Assembly: GCF_016432865.1 (NCBI RefSeq)
Contig: NC_067399.1
Span: 94,612,001 to 94,676,000, forward strand
DNA from: Antechinus flavipes
Taxonomy: Eukaryota
Direction of reading: 5' to 3'
DNA: 64,000 bases
Shown here in pieces: positions 39,176 to 51,497 of the stretch (position 1 is the stretch's first letter; every line of letters starts with the position of its first letter). The position numbers and the translations under genes were made by a program. The notes under the pieces were generated by a model that ran no database searches, was not told the origin of the DNA, and was given only the letters and a program-made list of their open reading frames with translations.

Positions 39176-40423
39176 GTACTGTGTAGTTGACAACTCTTAC
39201 ATTTTTCTAAGCTAATATCCAGCAGCATTTTTATGTAAATCAATTCCTTGAAATTCTTAATCTTCATCTCATTTCATTTTTATTGAAGATTCTTATAAAT
39301 GGAAAACAAGTTTTCTTTTTTCAGTGATGATTCTTAAGTTTTCCCCTTTCAATTCAGTTTTAACTGTCAGTGACAAATTACAACTCTGTTTGAAATTATC
39401 TTGTTAAATGATTTGAATTAGCAATGTAGCAAGTTAGACTCTTCCATAAACTCACAAGCTTGGTATAGGAGACAAACAACTATATTCATTAGTTATCTTG
39501 CTCATTTCTTTCTGGTACATGATACTTGAAATTCACAATGAAAAATCAGTAAAATCTTTCAGGGCATTGATAAGCAACATATTTATTGTCTCTTGACAAG
39601 ATTATACAAAGAGTTTAAACCAATGTGCCCTGGTCAAATAAATTTACTACATATTTGAAATTTTTATTTTAACATATCCTTAGAAATTATCATTAAAATA
39701 TGTGTTTCATTTCATTTTACTACTAGTCTTTGTTCTCCAATGAAAATAGTAGACTGATTATATATTTCATATCGACAAAGTCTTGGAATGCTGTTACAAG
39801 GCTGTTCAGGATAAACTTTGACCAGCCTCTTGCTTTTTAAGTTAACCAAAAAGTTTGTATCTATCAGCTTTAGATGTTATGAACCATGAAACTCTTGATT
39901 ACTGAATGGAGAAATAACTAGTTGGATATGAAAAGCTTTTAAGGTATTTCTGAACATTGTATCTCTTTTGAGATTTTGAGAAAACCTATATGAGATTTTT
40001 CCTTTGAAAATCCAGCAGAATGAATTTATGAAATGGGATCACTACTACTATAAGTAGTAGGATCATGTAATTTTTAGGCTGATTAAACAGTCACCCTAGT
40101 GATTAAACAAACACCCTATGTCTAATCATTGATCTCATTTTATAGATGAGGTTACTCCAATTGGGAACATTTTCAACATTTCAAATATAAAGTAGAAAGT
40201 GGTTCCTTCCATATTTTCTGTGTCCTACCTAGTGAGAAACACCATACTCTTATCTTGAATTCTGCTTTTATTTTTCCCTTTTGCCCTTTCATTGCCTGGG
40301 AAAGCTTTCCAGGGACCTAAAACAGAGTTCTTATGGTCTCATTAAAACTTTTTCAGTATGTATGTGATGTGGCAGTGTTATCTATAGGAACAATTATAGT
40401 ATACTCCTTTCTGTTGATATTTC

Positions 40424-40576
40424 TTTTTTTTTTTTTTTTCTTGCTGAGGCAATTGGGATTAAGTGACTTGCCCTGGGTCACAGAGTTAGGAAGTGTTAAG
40501 TGTCTGCGACTAAATTTGAATTTAGGCCCTCCTGACTTCAGGGCTGGTGCTCAATCCACTGTACCACCTAGCTGCA
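40424..40576 (-). mobile_element. WSINE1-type SINE
   Basis: TSD t(t/c)tctgttgatattt at 40409-40423 and 40577-40591. Confidence 0.88.
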
Positions 40577-41604
40577 TCTCTGTTGATATTTGTTAATCTA
40601 AATGATCTCCATGCTCCATATAAGAAAATGCTTCTAACAGTTGTCCAATTACTGGACAGAAGGTAGCTATCAAGTATATTAGAGAGGTTTATTCTTTAGA
40701 CATGGATTTGATTTAAGATTTGACTTTAAAATTTTTTGATTTTTTGGGGGGCCTCATTTCTCTAACAGGTTTATCCATGGCACTTTCCCCTCATTCCCAC
40801 ATATAAGTATAGAATTGTGACAACTTTTTCTTCACTTTTCACAGAGGCCCTCTCTATAGCATGAGCTTGTATAATGAACTCTTTCCACACAAATCCCTGC
40901 TGAATTGCTGTACAAGGGTTATTAGTTTTCATCTTGTAAAAATTGGACTCATTTGCACAGTGCCTTGTATTCAGTGAACATGTGATAAATATTTGATGAT
41001 GACATAAAGTAAATTAATCCTGATACTTGTGCTTTGGGCATGATTTGTCTTTTCTTTGTTCAAGGTTATGTCTGAAATGTTTAGTTTTTTCAGCATTGTA
41101 TGAACCACGGCTAGACTTTATGCTAATTTTTGTGTTAATGAATGAATGCCTTATAATAAAAATTGCCAAAATATGTCTTGTTAGATAAGCAATCAGATTT
41201 TGGAATTTGAGTTAGTATTTAATTGTGCTGTAGTATACTAAGTTTTTCCAAATGGAAAAGAACATTGCTTATAAAGATTAAATAAGGTAATCTACATTTC
41301 TTTCTGATAAGTTTCTTAGGAGCAGGTAAAGCTATTGAAACATTCAGCTTTCTTGCTTCTTTGCCTCTGATTATAATTATATTTCAAGACAGAAAGCAGG
41401 ATAATGGATACTGGACAGTTTAAGTTTATTTAGCTTGTCCGTTCTTTTCTGATTGGATTGCTGAAGTTTCTTTAAGGGGTAGGAAAACTGGTTTGCTACT
41501 GAGTATTAAATCCAATTGCAGATTGAAGAGATATATTTTCTTTCTTTCACTGAACATAGAATGTCTTTTTTCTTTTGTTATTTGCCATGTTCTTTTTCCT
41601 CCAG

Positions 41605-41721
41605 GTTCCAGATGTTGAATCCCGTGAGGATTTAATAAAAAATCATTATATGGCAAGGATAGTGGAGCTTACATCCCAGCTTCAGTTGGCTGATAGCAAA
41701 TCGGTGCATTTTCATGCTGAG
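41605..41721 (+). CDS. PPP1R21: PPP1R21 exon 19 (VPDVESREDLIKNHYMARIVELTSQLQLADSKSVHFHAE)
   Basis: cctccag| acceptor, |gtaagt donor; 117 nt. Confidence 0.96.
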
Positions 41722-42271
41722 GTAAGTTGCTCATGATGGGATCTTTTGTTATTTCCAAGTCTTATAGGATTTTGCTTTTTCAGACACAGTTAATGAGTGA
41801 GACATTAAAGTGAAAAGTTGTATATTCTACAATGACTTAGATATATTATAGTTTGTGACTGCCTATCTCACATTCCAAACAGCTAATTCTGTACTTCAGG
41901 TTAGGGACTATCTTTGGTTTTATGATTTAAGAGACTGATATATCCTCAACTTTTTCAATGAACATTTTGCAGTTTTATAATGTGAATAATTTAGCATTAC
42001 AAATTATATATAGATGGATAACAATGGAAAGACTAGCAGTGATTTTTATAGGACATTTATGTAGACTGTTTTCAAAACAAAATCAAAACACTTTAAAAGA
42101 AGCTTAGGTTTTTATTTACCATTAAAACTAAGAAAACACCTAGAAATGTGGAACCTGTGAAAAATGTGGAATTATGGACATTTAACATAATAATTCCAGG
42201 AAATATTAGGAAAAATCTAGTCCTTAAAAATGTTTTAATTCCTTTCTTTTTAACAAAAATAAAAGTGTACA

Positions 42272-42272
<1 letters not shown>

Positions 42273-42304
<32 letters not shown>
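42273..42304. repeat. (CA)n microsatellite
   Basis: Read directly. Confidence 0.95.
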
Positions 42305-42306
<2 letters not shown>

Positions 42307-43058
42307 AATTGAAAAATTATCCCTTGCCTATCTCATTTCTAACTTCCGAAGATAACTACTCTTTTCCACTCCACTTATAGAAGTTTTAGCCATTAGTTGA
42401 GAGAAGTTGGGGAAATGGACTTGGAAGGTGTGTATAAAAGTAGTGGCATCCAAACTGCAGTGGGCTTTGCTTTCATGCCTTCTTTCTTGCCCTTCCCTTT
42501 CCCCTTGAATCACCTGTCTCCAAACTCAGGTGCCTAATAATGTCCACTATACTTAAATTGCCCTGTGGATACAAGTAAAAGAAGGGGGAAAAAAAAAGAC
42601 AATTCTTGCCTTTAAGGAGCTTACATTCTAATGAGAGGAATGTAGCTTATAAAAGGCAGTTAGGAAGGGGATCTGGAGAATGGGTTTGGAATAAATCTGT
42701 TGAAGCTGAGGTAGAAAGGTCTGGAGAGTGAGAAGTGGATCCAGGACTGATGTAAGCACGACCTGACTAGGAAGCAGTGTTAAAAGTACATTAGTTGTAT
42801 TCACATCGTAGCACCTTACCCATACTAGGTTTTTAATAAATGCCTATTGAATATTTTTATTAAGTATATTAATTATATTGAACTATACTTAGCAGGGTTT
42901 ATTGTGAAGATAGTGCTTTATAAGATTGGGACTAATAATAAACCTGCATACTAGTAATTTACTGTTTGTTAAAAAAAAAAAAAAAAAAGAGATATAGTTT
43001 AATGTTAATATGATAGTATCATTGTCCATTTATATGACCATTTAAAAGTTGCTTTTAG

Positions 43059-43497
43059 CAGCTACACCCAAAGAAAGAACACTGGGAAACGAATGTGAAC
43101 TATCTGCATTTTTGTTTTTCTTCCCGGGTTATTTATACCTTCTGAATCCAATTCTCCCTATGCAACAAGAGAACTGTTCGGTTCTGCAAACATATATTGT
43201 ATCTAGGATATACTGCAACATATCCAACATATAAAGGACTGCTTGCCATCTAGGGGAGGGGGTGGAGGGAGGGGAAAAAAATCGGAACAGAAACGAGTGC
43301 AAGGGATAATGTTGTTAAAAAAATTATCCTGGCATGGATTCTGTCAATATAAAGTAATTATTAAATAAAAATTAAAAAAAAAAAAAAGGACTTATGCTTT
43401 AGGACATCTGCAAGTGATCCTGCTGGAACAATTTGAAATGTAATTAGAAAATGTTTTATAAAATAAATAAAAATACAATCCAACATTAAAAAAAAAA
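43059..43497 (+). mobile_element. Young short L1 3' end with ~100-bp 3' transduction
   Basis: 16-bp TSD taaaagttgcttttag at 43043-43058 and 43498-43513; two A tails (43374-43387 and 43488-43497). Confidence 0.88.
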
Positions 43498-44689
43498 TAA
43501 AAGTTGCTTTTAGATATTATGCTCATTATATATTTTTATTTTACTTTTGGGTTCTTCACTTTGCTTCACTTCATAGAGGTCTTCCTGTGTTTTTTTAAAT
43601 TCTTCACATATCCTCTCTATTCATTTACTGTATTTTTTTTCTATCTAAGGTCATTTGTAGGTTATAGAATTTAATCTTGTAGTATTTTTTAAGGCTTTAA
43701 TAGCAATTGATGAGAAAAGATATATTAGAACCTTGCTTTATTTGTGCTTTTGTATATTCTTTGCTTAAGAAGTCAGTGGATTGTGGAGGAGTCGGGAATG
43801 AAGAAATTATATGGACTTATGGATAAAAGTTGATTGACTTTGTTCTTTTCCTGGTACTTTAAGTGACAACTATAGTGACTAAGCTGGTAAACTGTTCAGA
43901 ATGTGGAATAGAGAAAGAAGCTTCACTTCTTTTCACTGAATGGGAAGAAACTTTTGCTATTGAACTCCTAAAATATTTTTTAACAGTTGAATATGGCTGT
44001 GGTATAAACATTTTAGAAATCTCTCTAGTGTTGCCTTATTTTATAAAGTATTGACTTCTTATAGATTTTTGTTAGTATGATTAGTCTGAACATCTAGGTA
44101 CCAGTACTGAATCTTAATGTGGTTCATATGGAATTTCTTTATTGGCTTCCTTGGTTTTATCAGAAAATTTTGGAAGGAAGTTGATTAAGTTTCGTACTCA
44201 GATTTATAGTTTGCCTTTTAATAATGTGGCCTGTTTGAAGTAGTAGTATATTAGAATTTTATATCCATCTCCTTTTTTTAAACAAATATAATTCCAGCTC
44301 TGAAAGAAAAGGATAGACATCTTGAATGTCATGACTACTTTTTCATGTATATAATATGTATATGTTTATATGCATGTATATTCATGTATGTAATTGATTA
44401 ACTGATGGGATTGTTGAAAACATTGCTCGTGTAATTTGGATAGAAATTAAAGAAAAAGTACTTAATGTCTCATGCACTATCTTACATGATTAGAAACTTT
44501 TAATAGTCTTAGATATATCTGCTTGCCTTGTTCAACCATGATAAGCAACAAATAGTACATACTGAGTAATTAATAGAAACCACAGATGTCATTTGTAACT
44601 ACTTAGAAGTGGCAAAAGCACCAACAACTTTACCATTTGAGTTGGCTGATAAACTTTTCCCACTCTTCCGGGAAAATACATAATGTTCT

Positions 44690-45140
44690 GTTAGTCATTC
44701 AAAATCCTTGATAACCTAATCCCATCTTCTTACACATTGCTCCTTAACATACACTCTTAATTTATTGTCCCTGACCTAACTAATCCATGAACACTCCATT
44801 TCCCAGTTTCAGATAATCTCTGATTCTTCTTCCTTTTGGAATGTTCTCCCTCCTTCACTCTGACTACTGACTTCCTTGGCTTCCGTTAAGTCCCAATTAA
44901 AGTCTCACCTCCCATAGGAAGACTTTCCCCAACCTCTCTGATTTCTGGTACCTTCCTTTGGTTAATTATTTCCTGTTTATCCTTTGCATAACTTGCTGTG
45001 TATCTATTTGTTTGCATGTTGCCTCTACCATTAGATTGTAACCTCCTTGAAAGCAGAGAATGTCTTTTGTCTCTCTTTTGTATTCCTACTGCTTAGCACA
45101 GTGTCTGGCACAGAATAGTAATATTTATGGAATGAATTGA
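44690..45140 (+). mobile_element. L2 3' end
   Basis: cattagattgtaacctccttgaaagcagag...gcttagcacagtgtctggcacag. Confidence 0.75.
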
Positions 45141-45258
45141 GCTTTATTTGAAAATAGCTTTTGCATTTGAATTTTTGTTGTCAAATTTTGCCTTAAATTG
45201 AAATGAATTACAGAGAACCTTTTTTCTTGTGCTGACATAATGTTTTCTAAATTGACAG

Positions 45259-45357
45259 TGCCGAGCACTCTCCAAAAGATTATCTTTAGCAGAAAAGTCT
45301 AAAGAATCATTGAATGAAGAAATGAAATTAGCTAGTCAGAACCTTAGCAGACTGCAG
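45259..45357 (+). CDS. PPP1R21: PPP1R21 exon 20 (CRALSKRLSLAEKSKESLNEEMKLASQNLSRLQ)
   Basis: attgacag| acceptor, |gtaagt donor; 99 nt. Confidence 0.96.
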
Positions 45358-45477
45358 GTAAGTTCAGAAATGTTAATAAAGTAATTTAAATCTATTTTCT
45401 ATTGGGTTTTCTTGGGCAGAAAAATCAATTTTTTGTTATCAAGAATGGTGACAGTGCTTTTAAAAGTACTTATTTAG

Positions 45478-45954
45478 AGCAGGACCAGGAGATCATTATA
45501 TACTTCAACAACAATACTAGATGATGATCAATTCTGATGGACCTGGCCATCTTCAGCAATGAGATGAACCAGATCAGTTCCAATGGAGCAATAATGAACT
45601 GAACCAGCTACACCCAGCGAAAGAACTCTGGGAGATGACTAAGAACCATTACATTGAATTCCCAATCCCTATATTTTTGTGCCCGCCTGCATTTTTGATT
45701 TCCTTCAGAGGCTAATTGTACAATACTTCAGAGTCCGATTCTTTTTGTACAGCAATATAACGGTTTGGACATATATAATTATTTTGTATTTAATTTATAC
45801 TTTAACGTATTTAACATGTATTGATCATCCTGTCATCTAGGGGAGGGGTGGGGGGAAGGAGGGGAAAAATTGGAACAAAAGGTTTGGCAATTGTCAATGC
45901 TGTAAAATTACCCATGCATATAACTTGTAAATAAAAAGCTATTAAAATTTTTTA
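45478..45954 (+). mobile_element. Young 5'-truncated L1 3' end, sense, 120 nt downstream of exon 20
   Basis: 16-bp TSD aaaagtacttatttag at 45462-45477 and 45955-45970; AATAAA at 45930. Confidence 0.9.
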
Positions 45955-46554
45955 AAAAGTACTTATTTAGTAACTCATTTCCAGATGGTTTGAATTAAAT
46001 AACGTTCAAATAAACGTTAAGATTGCGTTTTTTGTTCCTCTGATAGCATTTTACTTTAATAATATCTAATAGGCTAGACTTTGACTTTGTTTCTCTGCCC
46101 CACATAAATATTTGGTGAGTTGGCAAATGAGATTATTCTGTGCTATTAATCTGCATTTTCTTCTTTCCCATCCTCCCTGATCAACAGTATCTATCTTCTG
46201 CTGAAAGTTCACTCCTGCTACAAAAATACTTCCCTCAAAACAGTCAAATCTAAAGTCCTTACTATTTATTAGCTTTCTTACTTGTATTAAAGCTTTGTCT
46301 TCATTAAGCATCTATTAAAATGAAAATATTATTCAATACCCAGGCTAGTGTGTTTTGCATTTAGAAGGTGATTAATATTTGTTGAATGGAGTTCTCTTAT
46401 TGAGAACAGTTTGGTGTTTATTTAGTGCCAATTCCCTTTGACTAGGGAAAAACTAGGTGATAAGGAAAGCAGTCGTGAATCAGGGAAGCAGAAGGGAACA
46501 ATGAGGGTGTTGTCAGAGAGAGACACCTCAAATTGGCCTATATTTACAAAAACA

Positions 46555-47925
46555 TACCTTTTTTAAAATTAAAGCTTTTTATTTACAAAGCATATGCATG
46601 GGTAATTTTTTAACATTGACCTTGCAAAACCTTTTGTTCCAAATTTTCCCCTTCTTCCTCCTACCCGCTCCCCTAGCTGGCAGGAAGTCCAGTATATGTT
46701 AAATATGTTGAAATACTTGTTGGATCCAATATATGTATATATATTTATCTTGTTGCACAAAAAAATCACATCAAGAAGGAAGAAAAAGAAAAACTGAGAA
46801 AGAAAACAAAATGCAAGCAAATAACAACAGAGAGAGTGACACTGGTTTGCTGTATTCCACGCTTTGTTCCCATGATTCTCTCTCTGGGTATAGATGGCTC
46901 TCTTCATCACTGAACAATTGGAACTGGTTTGAATCATCTCAATGTTGAAGAGAGCCACGTCCATTAAAGTTGATCATCATATAATCTTGTTGCCATGTAT
47001 CACCATCTCCTGGTTCTATTCATTTCACGCAGCATCAGTTCATGTAGGTCTCTCCAAACCTCTCTGAAATCATCTTGCTGGTTGTTTCTTAAAGAACAGT
47101 AGTATTCTATAGCATTCATATACCCTAACTTGTTCAGCCCTTCCTCTACTGATGGGCATCCATTCAGTTTCCAGTTTCTTGCCACTACAAAGAGGGCTGC
47201 CAGAAACGTTTTTGCAAATGTGGGTCCCTTTCCCTCCTTTAAGATTTCTTTGGGATTATATCCCAATAGAAACATTGCTGGATCTAAGGGTATGCACAGT
47301 TTGATAACTTTTTGAGCATAGTTCCAAATTGCTCTCCAGAATGGTTGGATCCATTCACAATTCCACCAACAACTCGTCATTATCTTTTCCTTTCAGCCAA
47401 TTTGACAGGTATGTAGTGGTACCTGAGAGTTGTCTTAATTTGCATTTCTCTAATCAGTAGTGATTTGGAGCACCTTTTCATGTGACTACAAATAGTTTCA
47501 ATTTCTTCATCTGAAAATTGTTCATGTCCTTTGAGCATTTATCAGTTAGAGAATGGCTTGAACTACTATAAATTTGAGTCAAATCTCTATATATTTTAGA
47601 AATGAGACCTTTATTAGATCCATTGGATATAAAAATGTTTTCCCAGTTTATTGCTCCCCATTAGTTTTGTTTGTACAAAAACTTTTTAACTTAATATAAT
47701 CAAAATTATCTATTTTTGATCAATAATGATCTCTAGTTCTTCTTTGGTCACAAATTCCTCCTCCACAAATCTGAGAAGTAAACTATCCTATGTTCTTCTG
47801 ATTTGTTTATAAATATCATTCTTTATGTCTAGATCATGAATCCATTTTGACCTTATCTTGGTATATGGTATTAGATGTGGATCTATGCCTATTTTCTGCC
47901 ATCTTAGTTTCCAGTTTTCCTAGCA
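46555..47925 (-). mobile_element. 5'-truncated L1 (ORF2 C-terminus plus 3' UTR)
   Basis: ORF 47000..47380 (CWWNCEWIQPFWRAIW...DPAMFLLG.NPKE) is the L1 ORF2 cysteine-rich region; imperfect TSD aaaac(t)atacctt. Confidence 0.88.
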
Positions 47926-48219
47926 GAAAAACTTATACCTTGAAAATGAGATAGAGCAAATGAATTTTTATGGTAAAACTTTAAATATTGCATTGGCAGA
48001 ATTCTAAAGATTTGCTGAAAGAGATTTAAAACATTTTTTAAAGCCACAAAAAAATTCTTTAAAACATTTTCTCTTGTTTGCTTTCACAGCATCTATGTAC
48101 CTCAGTTTGCATGCTCACCAGGCAGTTTGCTCTCCAAAATTTCAAAGTAACTGAATGCAGTGAATACTATTGATCTTTGGAAAGTGAGCCACTTTTGATT
48201 CTTTTCTTTCACTGTTTAG

Positions 48220-48348
48220 GATGAGTTGACAACTACTAAGAGGAGCTATGAGGACCAGCTCAGTATGATGAGTGACCATCTTTGCAGTATGAATGAAACC
48301 TTATCTAAACAGAGGGAAGAAATTGATACCCTAAAGATGTCTAGTAAG
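48220..48348 (+). CDS. PPP1R21: PPP1R21 exon 21 (DELTTTKRSYEDQLSMMSDHLCSMNETLSKQREEIDTLKMSSK)
   Basis: tgtttag| acceptor, |gtgtgt donor; 129 nt; overlaps ORF 48226..48471. Confidence 0.96.
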
Positions 48349-48583
48349 GTGTGTAAAAGGGATGTGTGTTTTTTCTTCTCGGAACAAAAAGATTCTTGTA
48401 ACAATATGTATGCATTTGTGTGCATAAATGCCTCATCTTGTTTATGGATAGAAATAAGCAAGAGAACTTAGTATGGTGAACAAGGGCTGGTCTCCGACTT
48501 CATTTCCTGCCTCAACATATACGAGGCTGTGATTCCTAGCAGGGAATTGTAATAGAGATCACTTTAGAGTCACTGCTCTAGAG

Positions 48584-48769
48584 CCTAGCTTCTTAAACTA
48601 TGGATTTCAGTCACCTAAGAGGCCTTGTAACTGAATGTAGAGGCCACGGAATTGTGATTTATTATCAGCAAATGTTTGATTTGTATACCTATTTTATATA
48701 CTTGGGGTCATGTAAAAAATTTTTTTGGGCAAAAAGAGGTCATGAGTGGAACAAGTTTAAGAGGCCCTA
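48584..48769. mobile_element. hAT (Charlie-type) MITE
   Basis: Inverted termini gcttcttaaact...agtttaagaggc; 8-bp TSD ctctagag (48576-48583) / ctctagta (48770-48777) matching the NTCTAGAN target. Confidence 0.75.
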
Positions 48770-50644
48770 CTCTAGTAAAGTTCTCTATAAGTTGCAGAGA
48801 AGGTGCTCATTTTCACTAACTAATCAGAGTTTCCTTATGCAGGGAGTATCTTTGAATTCAAAGGTCTAGTTTCTATCTGTATGTGTGTTTGTGTATTTGT
48901 ATATGATATGATCTATAGATTATTATATATAATATTTATTCTTGCATTTTAGTGCTAAATTAAATATAAAAGTCAAAGTCTCATTTAATAGAATATGCCT
49001 AAAAGTAGAATATTTAGGTTCTTTTTGGAATTCTATGCCAGAAAGATCTGAACTTTGAAGCTCTGTACAGTGTTTGCTAATTAGCATCTTTATTTCTTAA
49101 AATGTGCTTGCTGTTACACTGGTGACAAACTATACAGAGTAACTTAGGTCAAATAACTTCCCTGAAAATACTGCTTTTGTGTGTTTTTGTAAAAGAGGTG
49201 CTTTTATGACAGTTCTTTGCAGTTTAGGTTAAGGGTTCCTTGGTTAGCTAGCTGATTGTGAGAGGGAAATCCTTTGAATTTCTCACAAATCTTTTATTCT
49301 TTAGGTTTGGGTTAAGTCAATGTCTTATGATACATTTACATAAGTAAAAAAAGATCATATTTGTGCACATAAAAGGAAGTTGCTATTCACTCTAAAGACT
49401 ACTCGTAAGCCTTTCTTGGAGAGACAAAGAAGTTGGCAAAGTTGATTTGATTGTTTATCCAAAGTAAGAAAAATCAATTCATGAGACAGGTACTCAATTT
49501 TTATTGCATGGCTCATGTTAATTATTTGCAAGTGACAACATTAAAAATCTGAAATTTCTAGGCCACTGTCACAAAGAATGAAGGGAAATTCTATGAAGAA
49601 CTTGATAATAATCTCCAGATTAAGTCAGGTTATGTATTTATATCTATAGATATACATTTTATATATATACACACACATGTACTTTGATAGTTGGTGATTT
49701 TAATGCAAAAATAAGCATAATAAAAATGTATTAGAAAATATAATTTGTGATCTATAGAGAAGCTTGCATCTACATATTGTAAAGACTTTATTTGAAAAAG
49801 AATTAGGAGATGCTGACCATACTGGGCACCAAATAACATCACAGAAAGGAAATTAATTATATTTTGAGAGGAAACTCATTATTGATAAGAGTTACATCAG
49901 CTATGTGCAGTCAGACTATTAATGATAGAGGGCAGATAGCAATTAATATAAAATAAGAACAATAAAAACAAGAAGAAGGTGTCATGTGCAATAAAAATAA
50001 GTCCAATGTCATTGATTTAGGAAAACTTGATGTTAAAAATAGGAAATGAATGGAAGAATGTGTATCACCATCCACTATTCTTAAACTAAATTCTTAAATT
50101 AGAAACTAGCCAACCACCAAATATTTGATATTCTTGTAAAACAGTATAACCAAGAGCAGTTTAGAACAGAATCTCAGTTTTAAACCTTAAAGAAAAACAT
50201 AATCGAAGGACTTAGTGGTATTGTCTCATAAAACAGTAAGAAACTAGAGAGGAAAAAAGGAGTTTAACTTGGTTAGAAATTCAATCAGGAAAAGACATCC
50301 TTGGAACATTTAAGGATGAAATTGGAAAACAGACAGGCTAAAACCCCAAATTTTTGAAAACTTTTATGATAAACTTTTATTAGTCAACACTTATTAACAC
50401 TTACTATATTATATTCCCTGGGAATACAAAGAAGGGCAAAAGATAGTCCCTGCCCTCAAAGAGCTCCAGTCTAATGGAGGAGACCACTCACAGATTATTG
50501 TATACAAATAAACCAAAGATAAATTGAAGATAATTTGTAGAGAGGAAAGGCCCTAGTGTTGAGGAAAATTGGAAGAAGCCTACTTGGAGGGAGCACCTTA
50601 CCACACAAGACCTGATTATCACAGTACTGCTAATTCTATTAGAG

Positions 50645-50865
50645 GCAACTGGTGGCACAGTGAGTAGGACCTTAGGTCTTCATATCAGAAAACTTGAATT
50701 CAAATTTGACCTCAAATTATCTAGTGTTTGCCAGCCTAAATTTCTTCATCAATAACCCAGGGATAATGACAATCCCTATTTTCCAAGATTGTTGTGAGAC
50801 GCAAATGAGATAATGTTTGTGAAGTGCTTAGTAAATTTGAAAGCACTATATTAGTACTGTTATTG
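50645..50865 (+). mobile_element. MIR SINE
   Basis: gttgtgagacgcaaatgagataatgtttgtgaagtgcttag. Confidence 0.68.
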
Positions 50866-51337
50866 TAGAGGAGATGGGAATGGCTAAGAAAAAGAAAAAG
50901 CAGCTGAAGTAGACTTGAAGGTGGTCAGAGATGATTCATGATGGAGATGACAAAATTGTTGAGGTTTTCAACAATTCTCAAGTTAGCTGAAAAGGAGGAG
51001 GACCTTTCAAAGATGTGAAGAAAAAAAAGATCGCAGGAACTCCCCCTTACTCAAAAACTTTATGAGAAAGTTACAAAAAACTAATAGGCAGTTTCCATAG
51101 TTGGTATTCTACAGTAGGCCATATCTCTATACTCCACAATTGATGCAAGACATATTGGGAATACAGGTTCCCAATGTGCTTAGTGTGTTTGACTAGGAAA
51201 ATAAGTTTGGTTCGGTGGAATGAACTGCCAACTAAAAGGGAAATTATTTTCCATGCTTACATCAAAATCATTTGTAGTGAATATGCTCTGGCATACCAAT
51301 TGGCATACCAATCTAGAACCAGGCTGACTATATTTGT

Positions 51338-51497
51338 CTATCTTGATTCTAAGTATATTCTGAAAGGCTTGAGGATCTTTTTATATATATGTGTATATAT
51401 ATATATACACATACATATATATAAAAGCTATCTTGATTCTAAGTATATTCTGAAAGGCTTGAGGATCTTTTTATATATATATATATATATGTAAAAG
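51338..51497. repeat. Tandem duplication, 90-nt period
   Basis: ctatcttgattctaagtatattctgaaaggcttgaggatctttttatatatat is identical at 51338 and 51428. Confidence 0.92.

Noticed and set aside
46569-47380. 131-aa and 126-aa ORFs as genes
   Set aside because: Both lie within an L1 3' end and ORF2 C-terminus.
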